Shown: positions 39,328 to 49,333, numbered from the stretch's first letter. The stretch is 64,000 nucleotides of DNA from an uncultured Spirochaetota bacterium (GCA_963845535.1 CAWJSK010000023.1:64001-128000), one strand, 5' to 3'. Numbers and translations: made by a program. The notes: generated from the sequence alone by a model not told the origin.

Positions 39328-40263
39328 ATGAAAATCTCCATTATTGGGTCCGGGGCCATGGGATCCCTGTACGGCGGTCTGCTCTCCCGCGCGGGGCATG
39401 AGGTCATGCTTTTCGATGTCTACCGGGAGCACGTGGAGGCGGTCAACAGGGACGGCCTTGCCATCGAAGACGCTGCCACGGGCGCCTCCATCACCACGCA
39501 TCCCCGCGCAAGCGCGGAAGCGAAGTCCGTCGAAGGCTCGGACGTCTTCATCATATTCGTGAAGTCGACCAACACGGAGCAGGCGGCGGTCCAGTTCGCC
39601 GGGCTTGCCGGTCCAAAAACCATCGTCCTGACGCTGCAGAACGGCCTGGGCAATGAAGGGATCATCCGCAAGCATTTCGGCCCGGCGCGCACCGCCGCCG
39701 GAGTCACGTCGCAGGGAGCGACGTTTCTCGGGCCGGGCAGAATCCGCCACGCCGGAAAAGGCCCCACGCACATCAGCATGGCGGACGGGGAGAACGCGAA
39801 GCTGGCTTCCCTGGCCGCTGCGCTCCGCGCGGCTGGCTTCGAGACACACGTGGAAAAGGACGTGGCCGGCCTGGTGTGGAGCAAGCTCGTGATAAACGTC
39901 GGCATCAACGCGCTCACCGCGCTCATTGGACAGACGAACGGCGCGCTCCTGCAGCACGAGGAGATGAAAGCCATGATGGCGGACCTTGTCGGTGAGGCTG
40001 TTGCCGTGGCAAAAGCGCGCGGCGTGCCCCTGACGTACGCTGACCCGCTTTCTACCGTCTACGAGGTGGCCGGGAAAACAGGGGCGAACCGTTCGTCCAT
40101 GCTCCAGGATTTCGACAGGGGACGGGAATCCGAGATAGATTTCATGAACGGCGCCATTGTCCGGGAGGCCGCCGCGCTCGGCATTGGCGCGCCGGTCAAC
40201 GGGACCATAACGCGCCTCATCAAGACGCTGGACAGGATCCATGCGGGGAGACCCGTCCAATGA
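39328..40263 (+). CDS. panE: 2-dehydropantoate 2-reductase
   Basis: IIGSGAMG, VKS, LQNGLG, WSKL..N..IN and SSMLQD...E.D..NG motifs. Confidence 0.92.
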   Translation: MKISIIGSGAMGSLYGGLLSRAGHEVMLFDVYREHVEAVNRDGLAIEDAATGASITTHPRASAEAKSVEGSDVFIIFVKSTNTEQAAVQFAGLAGPKTIVLTLQNGLGNEGIIRKHFGPARTAAGVTSQGATFLGPGRIRHAGKGPTHISMADGENAKLASLAAALRAAGFETHVEKDVAGLVWSKLVINVGINALTALIGQTNGALLQHEEMKAMMADLVGEAVAVAKARGVPLTYADPLSTVYEVAGKTGANRSSMLQDFDRGRESEIDFMNGAIVREAAALGIGAPVNGTITRLIKTLDRIHAGRPVQ

Positions 40264-41552
40264 TCTCCGACGTGGAGAAAAGGCTGCTCGCAGAGATCGA
40301 CCGTGACGAGCTTGTCGAATTGACTCGGGACCTGGTACGTATTGACTCCGTTATCCGGCCGGAATCCGGCGGGACCGAACGGGAGGTTGTCCGCTTCATT
40401 GCCCGGTGGATCCGAGCGGAGCTCGGGGTCGAGCCGCTTGTCCAGGAAGTGGAGCAGGGGAGAGAGAACGTAATCGCCACGCTGGACTCCGGCCGAAGCG
40501 GACCGTGCCTCATGCTGGAAGGGCACACCGACGTTGTGAGCGAAGGCAACCGCGACGCCTGGAGCCATGATCCCTTCGGCGCGGACGTGCAGGACGGGAG
40601 GATCTACGGCCGGGGATCCTGCGACATGAAGGCCGGGATCGCCGTTGCGCTGGTCACCGCCAAAGCGCTCCGGAAGGCGCCCGGGGCGTGGTCCGGCAAA
40701 GTACGGCTGGGCTTTCTCTGCGATGAGGAAGGCATGATGATGGGCGTCAAGCACTTCATACGTTCGGGACATGCCGACGATGTGAATGCGTGCCTGGTGC
40801 CCGAACCCGAAGAGAACAACCTCTGCATCACCATGAAAGGGGCCATCCGCGCGGTTGTCCGGGTGCACGGCAGGATGGCGCACGGGGCCATGCCGCTCTC
40901 CGGTGTGAATCCGAACACGCGCCTTGCGCGGATCATCCTTGCCTTCGAGCGTTACGAGGCGGAGGAAAAAAAGCGCTGCGGGGCGGACCCGCTGATCGGG
41001 CTTCCGTCCGTGACTTTCACCGTGCTGCAGTCTCCGCCCGCGGGCAGTCCGGCGCAGCTCAACGTGATGCCCGGCGAGGCCGCTGGATGGGTGGACATCC
41101 GCACCACGCTCGCCCAGTCACATGATACCGTGCGCGAAAGCCTGAGCGGGATCATCCGTGGGCTTGCCGCGGGGGACAAGGACTTCAACGCGGAGATCGA
41201 GTTCATCGAGGACAGGCCGGTGGTCGGCATCACGAAAGAGGAGCCGATTGCCCGCGTCTCGGCGGGGGCTGTCCGCGACGTGACGGGCCGTGAGCCCGTA
41301 TGGAACGGCGTGCCGGGAGCAACGGACGGCACATTCCTGAGCGCGTGGAAGAGCATCCCCTGCCTGGTCAACGGTCCGGGTCCGCGTCACATCCCTCACC
41401 AGGCGGATGAGTACGTGGAGATCGACCAGGTGGTGGACTGCGCGCGGGTGTATGCCATTGCATCGTCCCGGTTCTTCGGCGTCGGCGGCGCGCATGACGA
41501 GGGAAATCGTTTGACAGAGGGAAATCGTTTGCGTGGAAATCGTTTGCGTTGA
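40260..41552 (+). CDS. M20 family amidohydrolase (ArgE/DapE-like)
   Basis: EGHTDVV, GRGSCDMKAG, DEEG, PEP, GATD and HQADE motifs. Confidence 0.9.
   Translation: MISDVEKRLLAEIDRDELVELTRDLVRIDSVIRPESGGTEREVVRFIARWIRAELGVEPLVQEVEQGRENVIATLDSGRSGPCLMLEGHTDVVSEGNRDAWSHDPFGADVQDGRIYGRGSCDMKAGIAVALVTAKALRKAPGAWSGKVRLGFLCDEEGMMMGVKHFIRSGHADDVNACLVPEPEENNLCITMKGAIRAVVRVHGRMAHGAMPLSGVNPNTRLARIILAFERYEAEEKKRCGADPLIGLPSVTFTVLQSPPAGSPAQLNVMPGEAAGWVDIRTTLAQSHDTVRESLSGIIRGLAAGDKDFNAEIEFIEDRPVVGITKEEPIARVSAGAVRDVTGREPVWNGVPGATDGTFLSAWKSIPCLVNGPGPRHIPHQADEYVEIDQVVDCARVYAIASSRFFGVGGAHDEGNRLTEGNRLRGNRLR
41502..41546 (+). repeat. Three direct copies of GGAAATCGTTTG (operator-like)
   Basis: Exact copies at 41502-41513, 41520-41531 and 41535-41546, abutting a -35 box. 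Confidence 0.85.
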
Positions 41553-41577
41553 CAAGGCAGTGCCAATCTCCTACACT
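41549..41577 (+). promoter_or_regulatory. sigma70 promoter of the LIV-type ABC operon
   Basis: TTGACA (41549-41554), 17-nt spacer, TACACT (41572-41577). Confidence 0.75.
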
Positions 41578-41588
41578 GCCACCACCCT

Positions 41589-42353
41589 ATGGATTGCATC
41601 CTTCGCGTTTCAGCGCTCAGCAAATCCTTCGGGGCAATAGCCGCCCTGGACAGGGTGGATATCGACGTGGAAAAAGGGCATATCCACGGCATCATCGGTC
41701 CCAACGGCTCGGGCAAGACCACTCTTTTCAACTGCGTGACGGGGCTCCTCAAGCCGGATGCCGGTTCGGTGGGCCTTGAATCCGAAGACATCACCTCGAA
41801 GCGCCCTGAAATCATTGCCAACCTCGGGATTCGACGCACGTTCCAGGCCGGGAAAATTGTCGCCGGCCTCTCCGTCCTGGAGAACGTCATGGCGGGGATC
41901 AATGATCCAATCGGCGCCTCCGCCGCGGATCTCGTGGCGCGTCTGCCGTTTCGCCAATCGCGCCGTGAGGCGGAGATACGGGAGAACGCCCGGCGCGCCC
42001 TCGAGCTGACCGGCCTGTCTGCTGCCGCGGACCGGTGGGCCAGTGACCTGGTTTGGACGGAGCGGCAGCTCGTGCAGATTGCCCGCGCAATCGTGGCGGG
42101 GCCAAAGCTCCTTCTCCTGGATGAGCCCGCGTCCGGCATGGGCGTGAAGGAAATGGAGAGGGTCGAACAGATTATCAGGAAGGTCAGGGAATCCGGGGTC
42201 AGCGTAGTCGTGGTGAGCCATGACGTGAAGATGCTGATGAACCTCTCGGACAGGGTCACCGTTCTCAACTTCGGGGAGAAGATCGCTGAAGGGTCGCCCT
42301 CGGAGGTCCAGAAGGACCCCCGCGTGCTGGAGGCATATCTCGGTGCCGACTGA
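41589..42353 (+). CDS. Branched-chain-type ABC ATPase (LivG-like)
   Basis: GPNGSGKTT, RTFQ, LDEPASG, SHDVK and V.EAYLG motifs. Confidence 0.92.
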   Translation: MDCILRVSALSKSFGAIAALDRVDIDVEKGHIHGIIGPNGSGKTTLFNCVTGLLKPDAGSVGLESEDITSKRPEIIANLGIRRTFQAGKIVAGLSVLENVMAGINDPIGASAADLVARLPFRQSRREAEIRENARRALELTGLSAAADRWASDLVWTERQLVQIARAIVAGPKLLLLDEPASGMGVKEMERVEQIIRKVRESGVSVVVVSHDVKMLMNLSDRVTVLNFGEKIAEGSPSEVQKDPRVLEAYLGAD

Positions 42354-43065
42354 GACGCGCCAACCCCTCCTCAAGGTCGAGCACGTTTCGGTGTCCTATG
42401 GGCACGTGAATGCCCTCCGGGACGCAAGCCTGGAGGTCTTTCCCGGGGAGATCGTTGTTCTCATTGGCGCCAACGGGGCCGGCAAGACCACTCTCCTGGA
42501 GTCCGTGCTCGGGATCAACGCGTTGAGATCGGGAAGCATTGTCTTCGACGGACGGGAGATCAGGGGTATCCCCGCGGACCGCAACGTGCGGTCCGGGATA
42601 TGCCTCGTCCCTGAGGGCAGAGGCGTTTTTGCATCCATGACGGTTCTCGACAACCTGCTCCTGGGCGCTCACCACAACATGCGGAACGTTCGCGCCGGCT
42701 TGCAGCGCGTCTTCGAATGGTTCCCTATCCTGTCGGACAGGAAAAAACAGACGGCCAGAACGCTGAGCGGCGGGGAACGCCAGATGCTCGCCATTGCGCG
42801 GGCGCTCATGTCCGCGCCGAGGCTCATCCTCGTGGATGAGCCTTCCATCGGTCTTGCCCCCATCGTCGTCAATGACATCTTTTCGATCCTGAAGAAGCTG
42901 AACGGGGAGGGGTACACCATCCTGCTCTCAGAGCAGAACGCGAACAAGGCGCTGAGGTGCGCGCATCGCGGCTACGTCCTCGAGACGGGGAGCGTGGCGC
43001 TCTCGGGAACCGCGGACCGGCTTCTCGCTGATCCCGGCGTCCGGGAAGCGTACCTGGGAGCATAG
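42343..43065 (+). CDS. Branched-chain-type ABC ATPase (LivF-like)
   Basis: GANGAGKTT, VPEGR, LSGGERQMLA and EQNA motifs. Confidence 0.93.
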   Translation: MPTETRQPLLKVEHVSVSYGHVNALRDASLEVFPGEIVVLIGANGAGKTTLLESVLGINALRSGSIVFDGREIRGIPADRNVRSGICLVPEGRGVFASMTVLDNLLLGAHHNMRNVRAGLQRVFEWFPILSDRKKQTARTLSGGERQMLAIARALMSAPRLILVDEPSIGLAPIVVNDIFSILKKLNGEGYTILLSEQNANKALRCAHRGYVLETGSVALSGTADRLLADPGVREAYLGA

Positions 43066-43067
43066 GG

Positions 43068-43952
43068 ATGCAGGAGCTCATTGCGCAGGTCATCAACGGG
43101 TTGTCCCTCGGCAGCATCTACGTCCTGCTCGTCACGGGTTTCAACCTCCTCCTGCTCGTGGCCATGATCATCCACTTCTCCTATCCCCAGGTGGTCGTGT
43201 TCTCCATGTACATCACGTGGAGCGTGCTCCAGCTCACCGGGAACAACCTGGCCCTGGGGATTGCCGCGGGGGTTGCTTCCTCCATCGTCCTGAACCTCGC
43301 TTCAGCCCCTCTGTTCCAGAAGGTCATGTCCAAGAGAGGGGAGGTCGACATCAACGCCACCATGGTGCTCTCCATGGGGATCGGGATGATCATCACGGAC
43401 GTGCTCTCCCATTCCTTCAACGAGGGCCTCCCGGTTGCGTTTCCCGACAGCCTTTCGAGCATCACCCCTATCGTGCGGCTGGGGCTGATCAGCGTGCAGG
43501 TGGGCCAGGTCTGGTCCCTGGGGGTCGGCATCGTGGCGGTCTCTGCAATCTTCTTCATCCTGTACAAGACGCGCGCCGGCAGGGCGTTCCGCGCCATCGC
43601 GGAAGATCCCGACGGGGCTCGCCTGGTAGGGATCCCCATCATGAGGACCGGGCTCTACAGCTACGGGTTGTCCGGCGTGCTGGGCGGAGTCATTGCCGTT
43701 CTCCTGGCCATGCTCCTGGGCTCCGCCTCACCGGGGCTGGGAGAGCAGGTGGCCCACAAGGTGCTCGCCGTCTCCATCATCGCGGGCCTCGGGAACCTCG
43801 CCGGCGGCCTTGTGGTCGGCCTCCTTCTGGGGATCCTGGAAGCCATCGTCCAAGGGTACATCTCGGGATCCTGGTCGAACGCAATTGCGTTCGTTGTCAT
43901 GCTTGTTGTCATCCTTGCAAAGCCGAAAGGTCTGTTCGGCAGCCGACTGTAG
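43068..43952 (+). CDS. ABC permease (LivH-like)
   Basis: QVINGLSLGSIYVL, GRAFRA.AED and KPKGLFG motifs. Confidence 0.9.
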   Translation: MQELIAQVINGLSLGSIYVLLVTGFNLLLLVAMIIHFSYPQVVVFSMYITWSVLQLTGNNLALGIAAGVASSIVLNLASAPLFQKVMSKRGEVDINATMVLSMGIGMIITDVLSHSFNEGLPVAFPDSLSSITPIVRLGLISVQVGQVWSLGVGIVAVSAIFFILYKTRAGRAFRAIAEDPDGARLVGIPIMRTGLYSYGLSGVLGGVIAVLLAMLLGSASPGLGEQVAHKVLAVSIIAGLGNLAGGLVVGLLLGILEAIVQGYISGSWSNAIAFVVMLVVILAKPKGLFGSRL

Positions 43953-43964
43953 GAGGGGGGGGCC

Positions 43965-44870
43965 GTGCCGCTGGAGCTGTATTACTTCCTTTCCATCACT
44001 GCTGTGAACATCCTCCTGAGCTGGGCCCTGTACCTGCCCTACCGGGTGGCTCATCTGCACTTCATCACCGTGGCGAACATGGCAATCTCGGGCTATGCCG
44101 CCGCGTGGCTCGTCATGGCCCTGCACGTCCCGTTCGGCTGGGCGCTCCTTGTCGGCTTCGCCCTCGGCGGGATCATCGGGTTCATCGTGTCTCTCTTCAT
44201 CGGGGACGCGCCCACCTTCGCCGTGGTGATCGTCGGCTTTACGTTCATCTTCATCAGCCGCACCGTCATCGAGAACCTCAAGGCTGTCGGCGGGACCATG
44301 GGAATGTTCGGCCTGCCGAACATCGGAGGGAGCCCGGACGCTCATCGCTGGATCATCATGGCCATCCTGGCGGCTCTCCTGCTGTTCGTGGGTTTACTCC
44401 TTCACCGCTTCGACCATTCACGCCTGGGCCGGGCCGCCTCCGCCGTGTTCGTGGACAAGGACCTCGCGGCATCCCTGGGGGTCGACATCCGCCGCCTGGG
44501 CGTGCTCCTGCAGACGGCAAGCTGCACGATTGCGGGAGGCACGGGAGTGCTTTACGGCTTCATCTACAGGAGCCTTCACCTGGATTTTTTCACGTTCGCG
44601 CTCGTGGGAATAGCAATGACCGTCATCTTCGTGGGCGGGTATTCCACGCAGTGGGGGACCGTGGTCCTGGCGCCTATCCTCTACGGTGTTCCTCTGCTCC
44701 TCCCGCCCGCCGTCCAGGAGTGGAGGATCGTGATCTACGGAGCCGCCCTCGTGCTCGTCCTGGTCCTGAAGCCCGAGGGGTTCATAACGCGGAGATTCGT
44801 CGTTTCCATCGAATCCTTTCTTTCGGGAACCCGGAAGAAAAGAAATACTCTATCAAGGGAGGACATATGA
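43965..44870 (+). CDS. ABC permease (LivM-like)
   Basis: SRLGRA, A.SLGVD, VGG and KPEG motifs; multi-TM. Confidence 0.88.
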   Translation: MPLELYYFLSITAVNILLSWALYLPYRVAHLHFITVANMAISGYAAAWLVMALHVPFGWALLVGFALGGIIGFIVSLFIGDAPTFAVVIVGFTFIFISRTVIENLKAVGGTMGMFGLPNIGGSPDAHRWIIMAILAALLLFVGLLLHRFDHSRLGRAASAVFVDKDLAASLGVDIRRLGVLLQTASCTIAGGTGVLYGFIYRSLHLDFFTFALVGIAMTVIFVGGYSTQWGTVVLAPILYGVPLLLPPAVQEWRIVIYGAALVLVLVLKPEGFITRRFVVSIESFLSGTRKKRNTLSREDI

Positions 44871-46024
44871 AAAAAGCTCTCGGAGCTCTCATTGTCGCGA
44901 CAGCCATCCTTGCCATTGTCGGATGCCAGAAGCCGGCTCCGAAGGAATGGGACATCCCGTTCCTGAACTCGCTCACCGGCCAGATCGCGAGCATTGGCGC
45001 GTACCTGGAGTGGGGCGCTGACGAGGCCGCCACGGAGATCAACGCGGCCGGGGGGATCAACGGCAAGCCCGTGAAGATCATCCCCGTGGACACCGCCATG
45101 GACCCGCAGAAGGGCTCCACCGAGATGGCGCGCCTTGTGAAGGACACGCTCGTTGCCCTCGGACCCGTGCCTGAGCCGGTCATCATGGCGGCAATGCCGA
45201 TTGCCGTCGAGAACGGGATGCCGTCCATCACCGCAACGACCTCGCTTGAGTACGCGCAGAAGTTCTTCCCGTGGACCATCTCCTGGTTCCCCTCCACGCA
45301 GGACAGGCTGGCGCCGCTGGTGACCGCGTGGGCAAAGCAGTTCCCCAACATGAAGAAGGTGGTCCAGTTCGTCGAGAACTACGGGCCGTGGCCCGGCATG
45401 GCGGACGCTCATGCCTCGGGGCTCGCGGCGGCCGGCGTCAGGGTCCTGGACCCCGTGGAGGTCCCCAGTGACGCGGTGACGTTCGCGCCGCTCGTTGTGA
45501 AGGCGCTCAACGAGAAGCCTGATGGGATTGTGTTCGTGTGCAAGCCCGGGTCCGCCGCAAAGCTGATCAAGGAGCTGAAAAGCCGGGGTTGGAAGAGGAT
45601 GGACCACCTGTTGCTGTTCAGCAGCGCGGACGCCCCTGATCTCTACGCCACCGGCGGCAAGGACCTGAACGGCGCGGAGATCTACAACTACATCAACCCG
45701 GGCATCGAGAACCCGCGCTGGGACGCGTTCAAGAAAGCCTATGGGGATTCTCATAACGGCGAACAGCCCCCGAGCCTTTCCACCAACTACTACGACGCCG
45801 TGTACATGATCAAGGACGCCATCGAGAAGACCGGCGTTACGGGTCTTCCGGGCAAGCTCAAGGCCGAACGCAAGCTGATTGCGGACTACCTCCAGAACGT
45901 GAAGGGGTTCCACGGCATCATGTTCGACTGGGACATGAAAGACGGCATCCCCACGAACAAGCCCGCGTACATCTTCAAGATCCAGGACGGGCAGAAGGTG
46001 CTCGTGCAGGAAGTGCGTCAATAA
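44867..46024 (+). CDS. LIV-family ABC substrate-binding lipoprotein
   Basis: GGGAGG RBS; MKK...AIVGC lipobox; SLTG...G...A..EINAAGGING motif. Confidence 0.9.
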   Translation: MKKALGALIVATAILAIVGCQKPAPKEWDIPFLNSLTGQIASIGAYLEWGADEAATEINAAGGINGKPVKIIPVDTAMDPQKGSTEMARLVKDTLVALGPVPEPVIMAAMPIAVENGMPSITATTSLEYAQKFFPWTISWFPSTQDRLAPLVTAWAKQFPNMKKVVQFVENYGPWPGMADAHASGLAAAGVRVLDPVEVPSDAVTFAPLVVKALNEKPDGIVFVCKPGSAAKLIKELKSRGWKRMDHLLLFSSADAPDLYATGGKDLNGAEIYNYINPGIENPRWDAFKKAYGDSHNGEQPPSLSTNYYDAVYMIKDAIEKTGVTGLPGKLKAERKLIADYLQNVKGFHGIMFDWDMKDGIPTNKPAYIFKIQDGQKVLVQEVRQ

Positions 46025-46052
46025 GCCATTCGGGCTTGCAGCACGCCTTATG

Positions 46053-46081
46053 ACGCGGCCGGACAACCGGCCGCGTTTTTT
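46053..46081 (+). terminator. Rho-independent terminator
   Basis: Stem ACGCGGCCGG / CCGGCCGCGT with ACAA loop, followed by a T tract. Confidence 0.85.
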
Positions 46082-46125
46082 GTGTGCGCCCGGCAGGGCG
46101 CACACACTCGGGACCTGCTTCTGAC

Positions 46126-47103
46126 CTACTTCCGCGCGCCGGCGCTTCGACGGATCTCGGTGTGGCTGGGAAGACCATACGCTGAGACCGCGTTCCGGGC
46201 CGCGTTTACTATGGCGCGGGACACCGCGAGCGCGGCCAGGGTGCCAACGACCGTCACGTCCGCTTCGATGCTTCCCGTGGACAGCGCAAAAACGGTGTCT
46301 CCGTCGAAAGTCGTGTGCACGGGGACGACGGCCCTGGCAAGGCCGTCCTGCGCCATGATAGCAACCCGTGTTGCCTCAGACTTCGACAAGCGGGCGTTCG
46401 TGGCAACCGCGGCGATGGTGGTGCTCGTTCCCTGGTAGGGGCTGAGGCATCTGGGCCCGCGGCAGAGAAGCTGCACCGTATCCGCGAAGCCGTCCCGGGA
46501 GCCGTTCAAGGCCCCGGCGAGTATTGATCCCGTCTCCGGGTCACGGATGTCTCCGTAGCAGTTGACCGCTGCCAGGGCCCCCACGCAAAGCTCGCCTGCG
46601 CTGACGCTGGCGGTTCCCGTGCCGCCTTTCATCATGAATGACACTCCGGCAGCCCTTCCCACGGCCGCCCCCGTGCCGGCGCCGACGTTCCCTTGAAGGA
46701 CGGAGATGCCAGCATTCCTGCACGCCTTCTCGCCCATTGCGGCATCAGGCCATCTGTGAGGATCTCCGACGGCAAGATCGAAGAGCACGGCCCCGGGCAC
46801 GAGCGGGACTTTGCCCACGCCGACGTCGAGCCCGATCCCCTTGGATTCCAGGAAGCGCATGACGCCCGTGGCTCCCTCCAGGCCGAATGCGCTGCCGCCT
46901 CCGATGTAGATGGCATGGACCACGGGCACGGCGTTGACGGGGTCCAGGCAGTCCGTCTCCCGCGTCCCGGGGGCGCCTCCGCGCACGTCCACGCCCGCAA
47001 CGGCGCCCGCCTCGCAGAGGATGACGGTGCAGCCGGTGGCCGCGGAGCGGTCATCCGCGTGGCCAACGAGGATTCCCGGGATGTCTGTAATCGAGTTGTT
47101 CAT
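46126..47103 (-). CDS. P1 family (DmpA/NylC/ThnT-like) autoproteolytic amidohydrolase
   Basis: ITDIPGILVGH, DVRGGAPGTRET, GGSAFGL, GNVGAGTG, STTIAAVATNA and HT.FDGD motifs. Confidence 0.9.
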   Translation of the reverse strand: MNNSITDIPGILVGHADDRSAATGCTVILCEAGAVAGVDVRGGAPGTRETDCLDPVNAVPVVHAIYIGGGSAFGLEGATGVMRFLESKGIGLDVGVGKVPLVPGAVLFDLAVGDPHRWPDAAMGEKACRNAGISVLQGNVGAGTGAAVGRAAGVSFMMKGGTGTASVSAGELCVGALAAVNCYGDIRDPETGSILAGALNGSRDGFADTVQLLCRGPRCLSPYQGTSTTIAAVATNARLSKSEATRVAIMAQDGLARAVVPVHTTFDGDTVFALSTGSIEADVTVVGTLAALAVSRAIVNAARNAVSAYGLPSHTEIRRSAGARK

Positions 47104-47216
47104 TGTTTTGCAGGTCTCCGGCGGCCACCGTAGATCAGGCACACGGCGTTGTCAATCTTGTTGCGCCGGAGGTTTTCCGCTACTCTGTGAGCACACCTCA
47201 GGAGGCACAGAACACA

Positions 47217-48074
47217 ATGAGCGACGCAAAGAAGGTCATGATCCCTGACCTGGGCATCATGAAGAAAGAGGGCCGCAAGATAACGATGATCACCGCCTAT
47301 TCCTACCCACAGGCCTTGATCGTGGACGAAGCGGGGATCGACATCATCCTTGTCGGCGACAGCCTGGGCATGGTGGAGCTGGGGTACCGGGACACGGTTC
47401 CCGTGACCATGGAGGAAATGCTGGGACACACGCGGGCGGTCATGCGGGGTGTAAAACGGGCGCACGTCGTCGGGGACATGCCGTTCATGTCGTACAATAT
47501 TTCCCGGGAACAGGCCGTCACGAACGCCGGAATCCTGTACAAGGACGGCGGCGCGGACTCCGTGAAGCTGGAGGGCGGGCAGGACATGGCCCCGGCCATC
47601 AGCGCCATCGTGAAGGCCGGGATCCCTGTTTTTGGCCATATCGGGCTCACGCCGCAGACCGCCAACATATTGGGCGGGTTCAAGGTGCAGGGGAAGTCGC
47701 TGGACCAGGCTCGCAAGGTCGTTGATGACGCCATTGCCGTGCAGGAAGCGGGGGCTTTTGCCATCGTGCTGGAAGCCATCCCCCGGCAGCTTGCCGCCCT
47801 CATCACGGAGAAGCTCTCCATCCCGACAATCGGGATCGGCGGAGGGCTCGACTGCGACGGCCAGGTGCTCGTCCTTCATGACATGGTGGGGCTTTTCCGC
47901 CGTTTCACGCCCAAGTTCGTGAAGGTGTACGCGGACGTCTATGCGGTCCAGTTGGACGCGGTGAAGAAGTACATCGGGGAAGTGCAGTCGAAGGCGTTTC
48001 CCTCTGACGAGAACACGTTTACCATGAAAGAGGATGCGCTGGCTGAGCTGAGGAAAGCTCTCGGAAGCTCGTAA
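47217..48074 (+). CDS. panB: 3-methyl-2-oxobutanoate hydroxymethyltransferase
   Basis: LVGDSLGM, DMPFMSY, VKLEGG, GHIGLTPQ and DGQVLV motifs; AGGAGG RBS. Confidence 0.97.
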   Translation: MSDAKKVMIPDLGIMKKEGRKITMITAYSYPQALIVDEAGIDIILVGDSLGMVELGYRDTVPVTMEEMLGHTRAVMRGVKRAHVVGDMPFMSYNISREQAVTNAGILYKDGGADSVKLEGGQDMAPAISAIVKAGIPVFGHIGLTPQTANILGGFKVQGKSLDQARKVVDDAIAVQEAGAFAIVLEAIPRQLAALITEKLSIPTIGIGGGLDCDGQVLVLHDMVGLFRRFTPKFVKVYADVYAVQLDAVKKYIGEVQSKAFPSDENTFTMKEDALAELRKALGSS

Positions 48075-48122
48075 GGGGAGCCGTGAGGACCGCGCCCGTC
48101 ACGCGTCGTTGTACGGGCGCGC

Positions 48123-49237
48123 CTATCCCACAGCGCCGAGGTCCGCCGCGGAGCGGGAAGGGTCCGCGCGGAAGCCAATCACCTGGTTGCCGCCTTCCCG
48201 CGCGGCTTTTGCAACGGAAATGTCAGCCTCTTCCAGCAGGGTTGAAGGGGACACGAGCCTTCCTCCGCGTGATGATACCCCAACAGAAAGGGCGCGCGCC
48301 TTTCCCTCGATCTGCCTGCTGACCACGGCCTTTCGGAACGCTTCCAGGGCCCGCACCGCGGCGTCGATATCAGCCTCCGGAATCACGGCCGTGATGGCGT
48401 CATTTCCTGTCTCGAAAAGGCAGTCATGCGCGGGGAACCTCAGGAGCAGGACCCGTGCGATCTCCGTATAAGCTTCGGGAAGATGGGAATCCGCGTAAGG
48501 CTCGTCCACACGGATCCGCGCAAGCGCAATATCCCGTCCCGCGGTGACAGCTCTCTCCAACTCCGCTCTGAGCTTGGGCTCGAGGAACTCACAGCGGATG
48601 AGACCGCTGCGAGGGGAGGTGACGCTGCGTTGGGGCCCTTGTACCGGCGAGAGCCATTCGCGACTGGGCCGGCAGCCTCCATGGGCGCCTCCTGGACGCT
48701 CACGACGATGAGGATTACGACTCCGCTCACGAGGAGGAAAGCGAGGAAGAGATACAGGTCATCACGGACGATCGGGTACAGGTCTTCCCTCCCCATGATG
48801 ACGAACACGGCATCGAACGCCGCGCCGGAGGAATCCCCCTCCAGCGGCTGGCTGAGGAGGACCTCGTAGCCCCTGCTCACCTGGTATGCAGGGGTGCCGC
48901 GCCACGCGGGGTCGGGCACGGCGGGCTCTTTCATGTACGCCTGGTTACGCGCCACGAGATAGAGGATGCCTTGTTGCGGGGAGTGCACGCTCATGAGGAG
49001 GAGCCGCGGCTCGGCGTCGAACAAGCCTCGAAGCTCCTTGCGGGCGGAAGGGGAATCCAGGCCGGTGTAGGTGGCGCGAATAGCGGAGACCTTCGTTGCA
49101 AGATCGAGGAACCTGTCCCGCGCCGCAAGGGAGTTACGGGTCCGCGCATCCTCGAGCCTGTATCCCGTAAGACCGACGATGAAGAGAAAGAAGGCGACGC
49201 TGACGGCCAGAAAAGCCCATGAAACACGTCTATTCAT
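48123..49237 (-). CDS. Membrane protein with degenerate GGDEF-like domain, split by an indel (probably the G-run 48632-48635)
   Basis: Two TMs flanking a periplasmic domain. The other frame reads SPRSGL...L.AELERA...SVGVS...EADISVAKAAREGGNQV; the GGDEF position reads ETGNDA. Confidence 0.72.
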
Positions 49238-49333
49238 GCTCCCCTCCCCGCGCACGGTGGAGTATAATCGACTTTGAACCGCCGCGGTAGCCTTTCGCGG
49301 CGGTCGAGACTTTCCGGCAAAGCGGAGGAGCCC

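Noticed and set aside
41502..41546. Mini-CRISPR
   Set aside because: Units are 12 nt with 3-6 nt gaps, far too short.
43217..44866. 935-aa ORF as a giant fusion with the binding protein
   Set aside because: The N-terminal part is an off-frame shadow of livH/livM. The real start is ATG 44867, with an RBS and lipobox.
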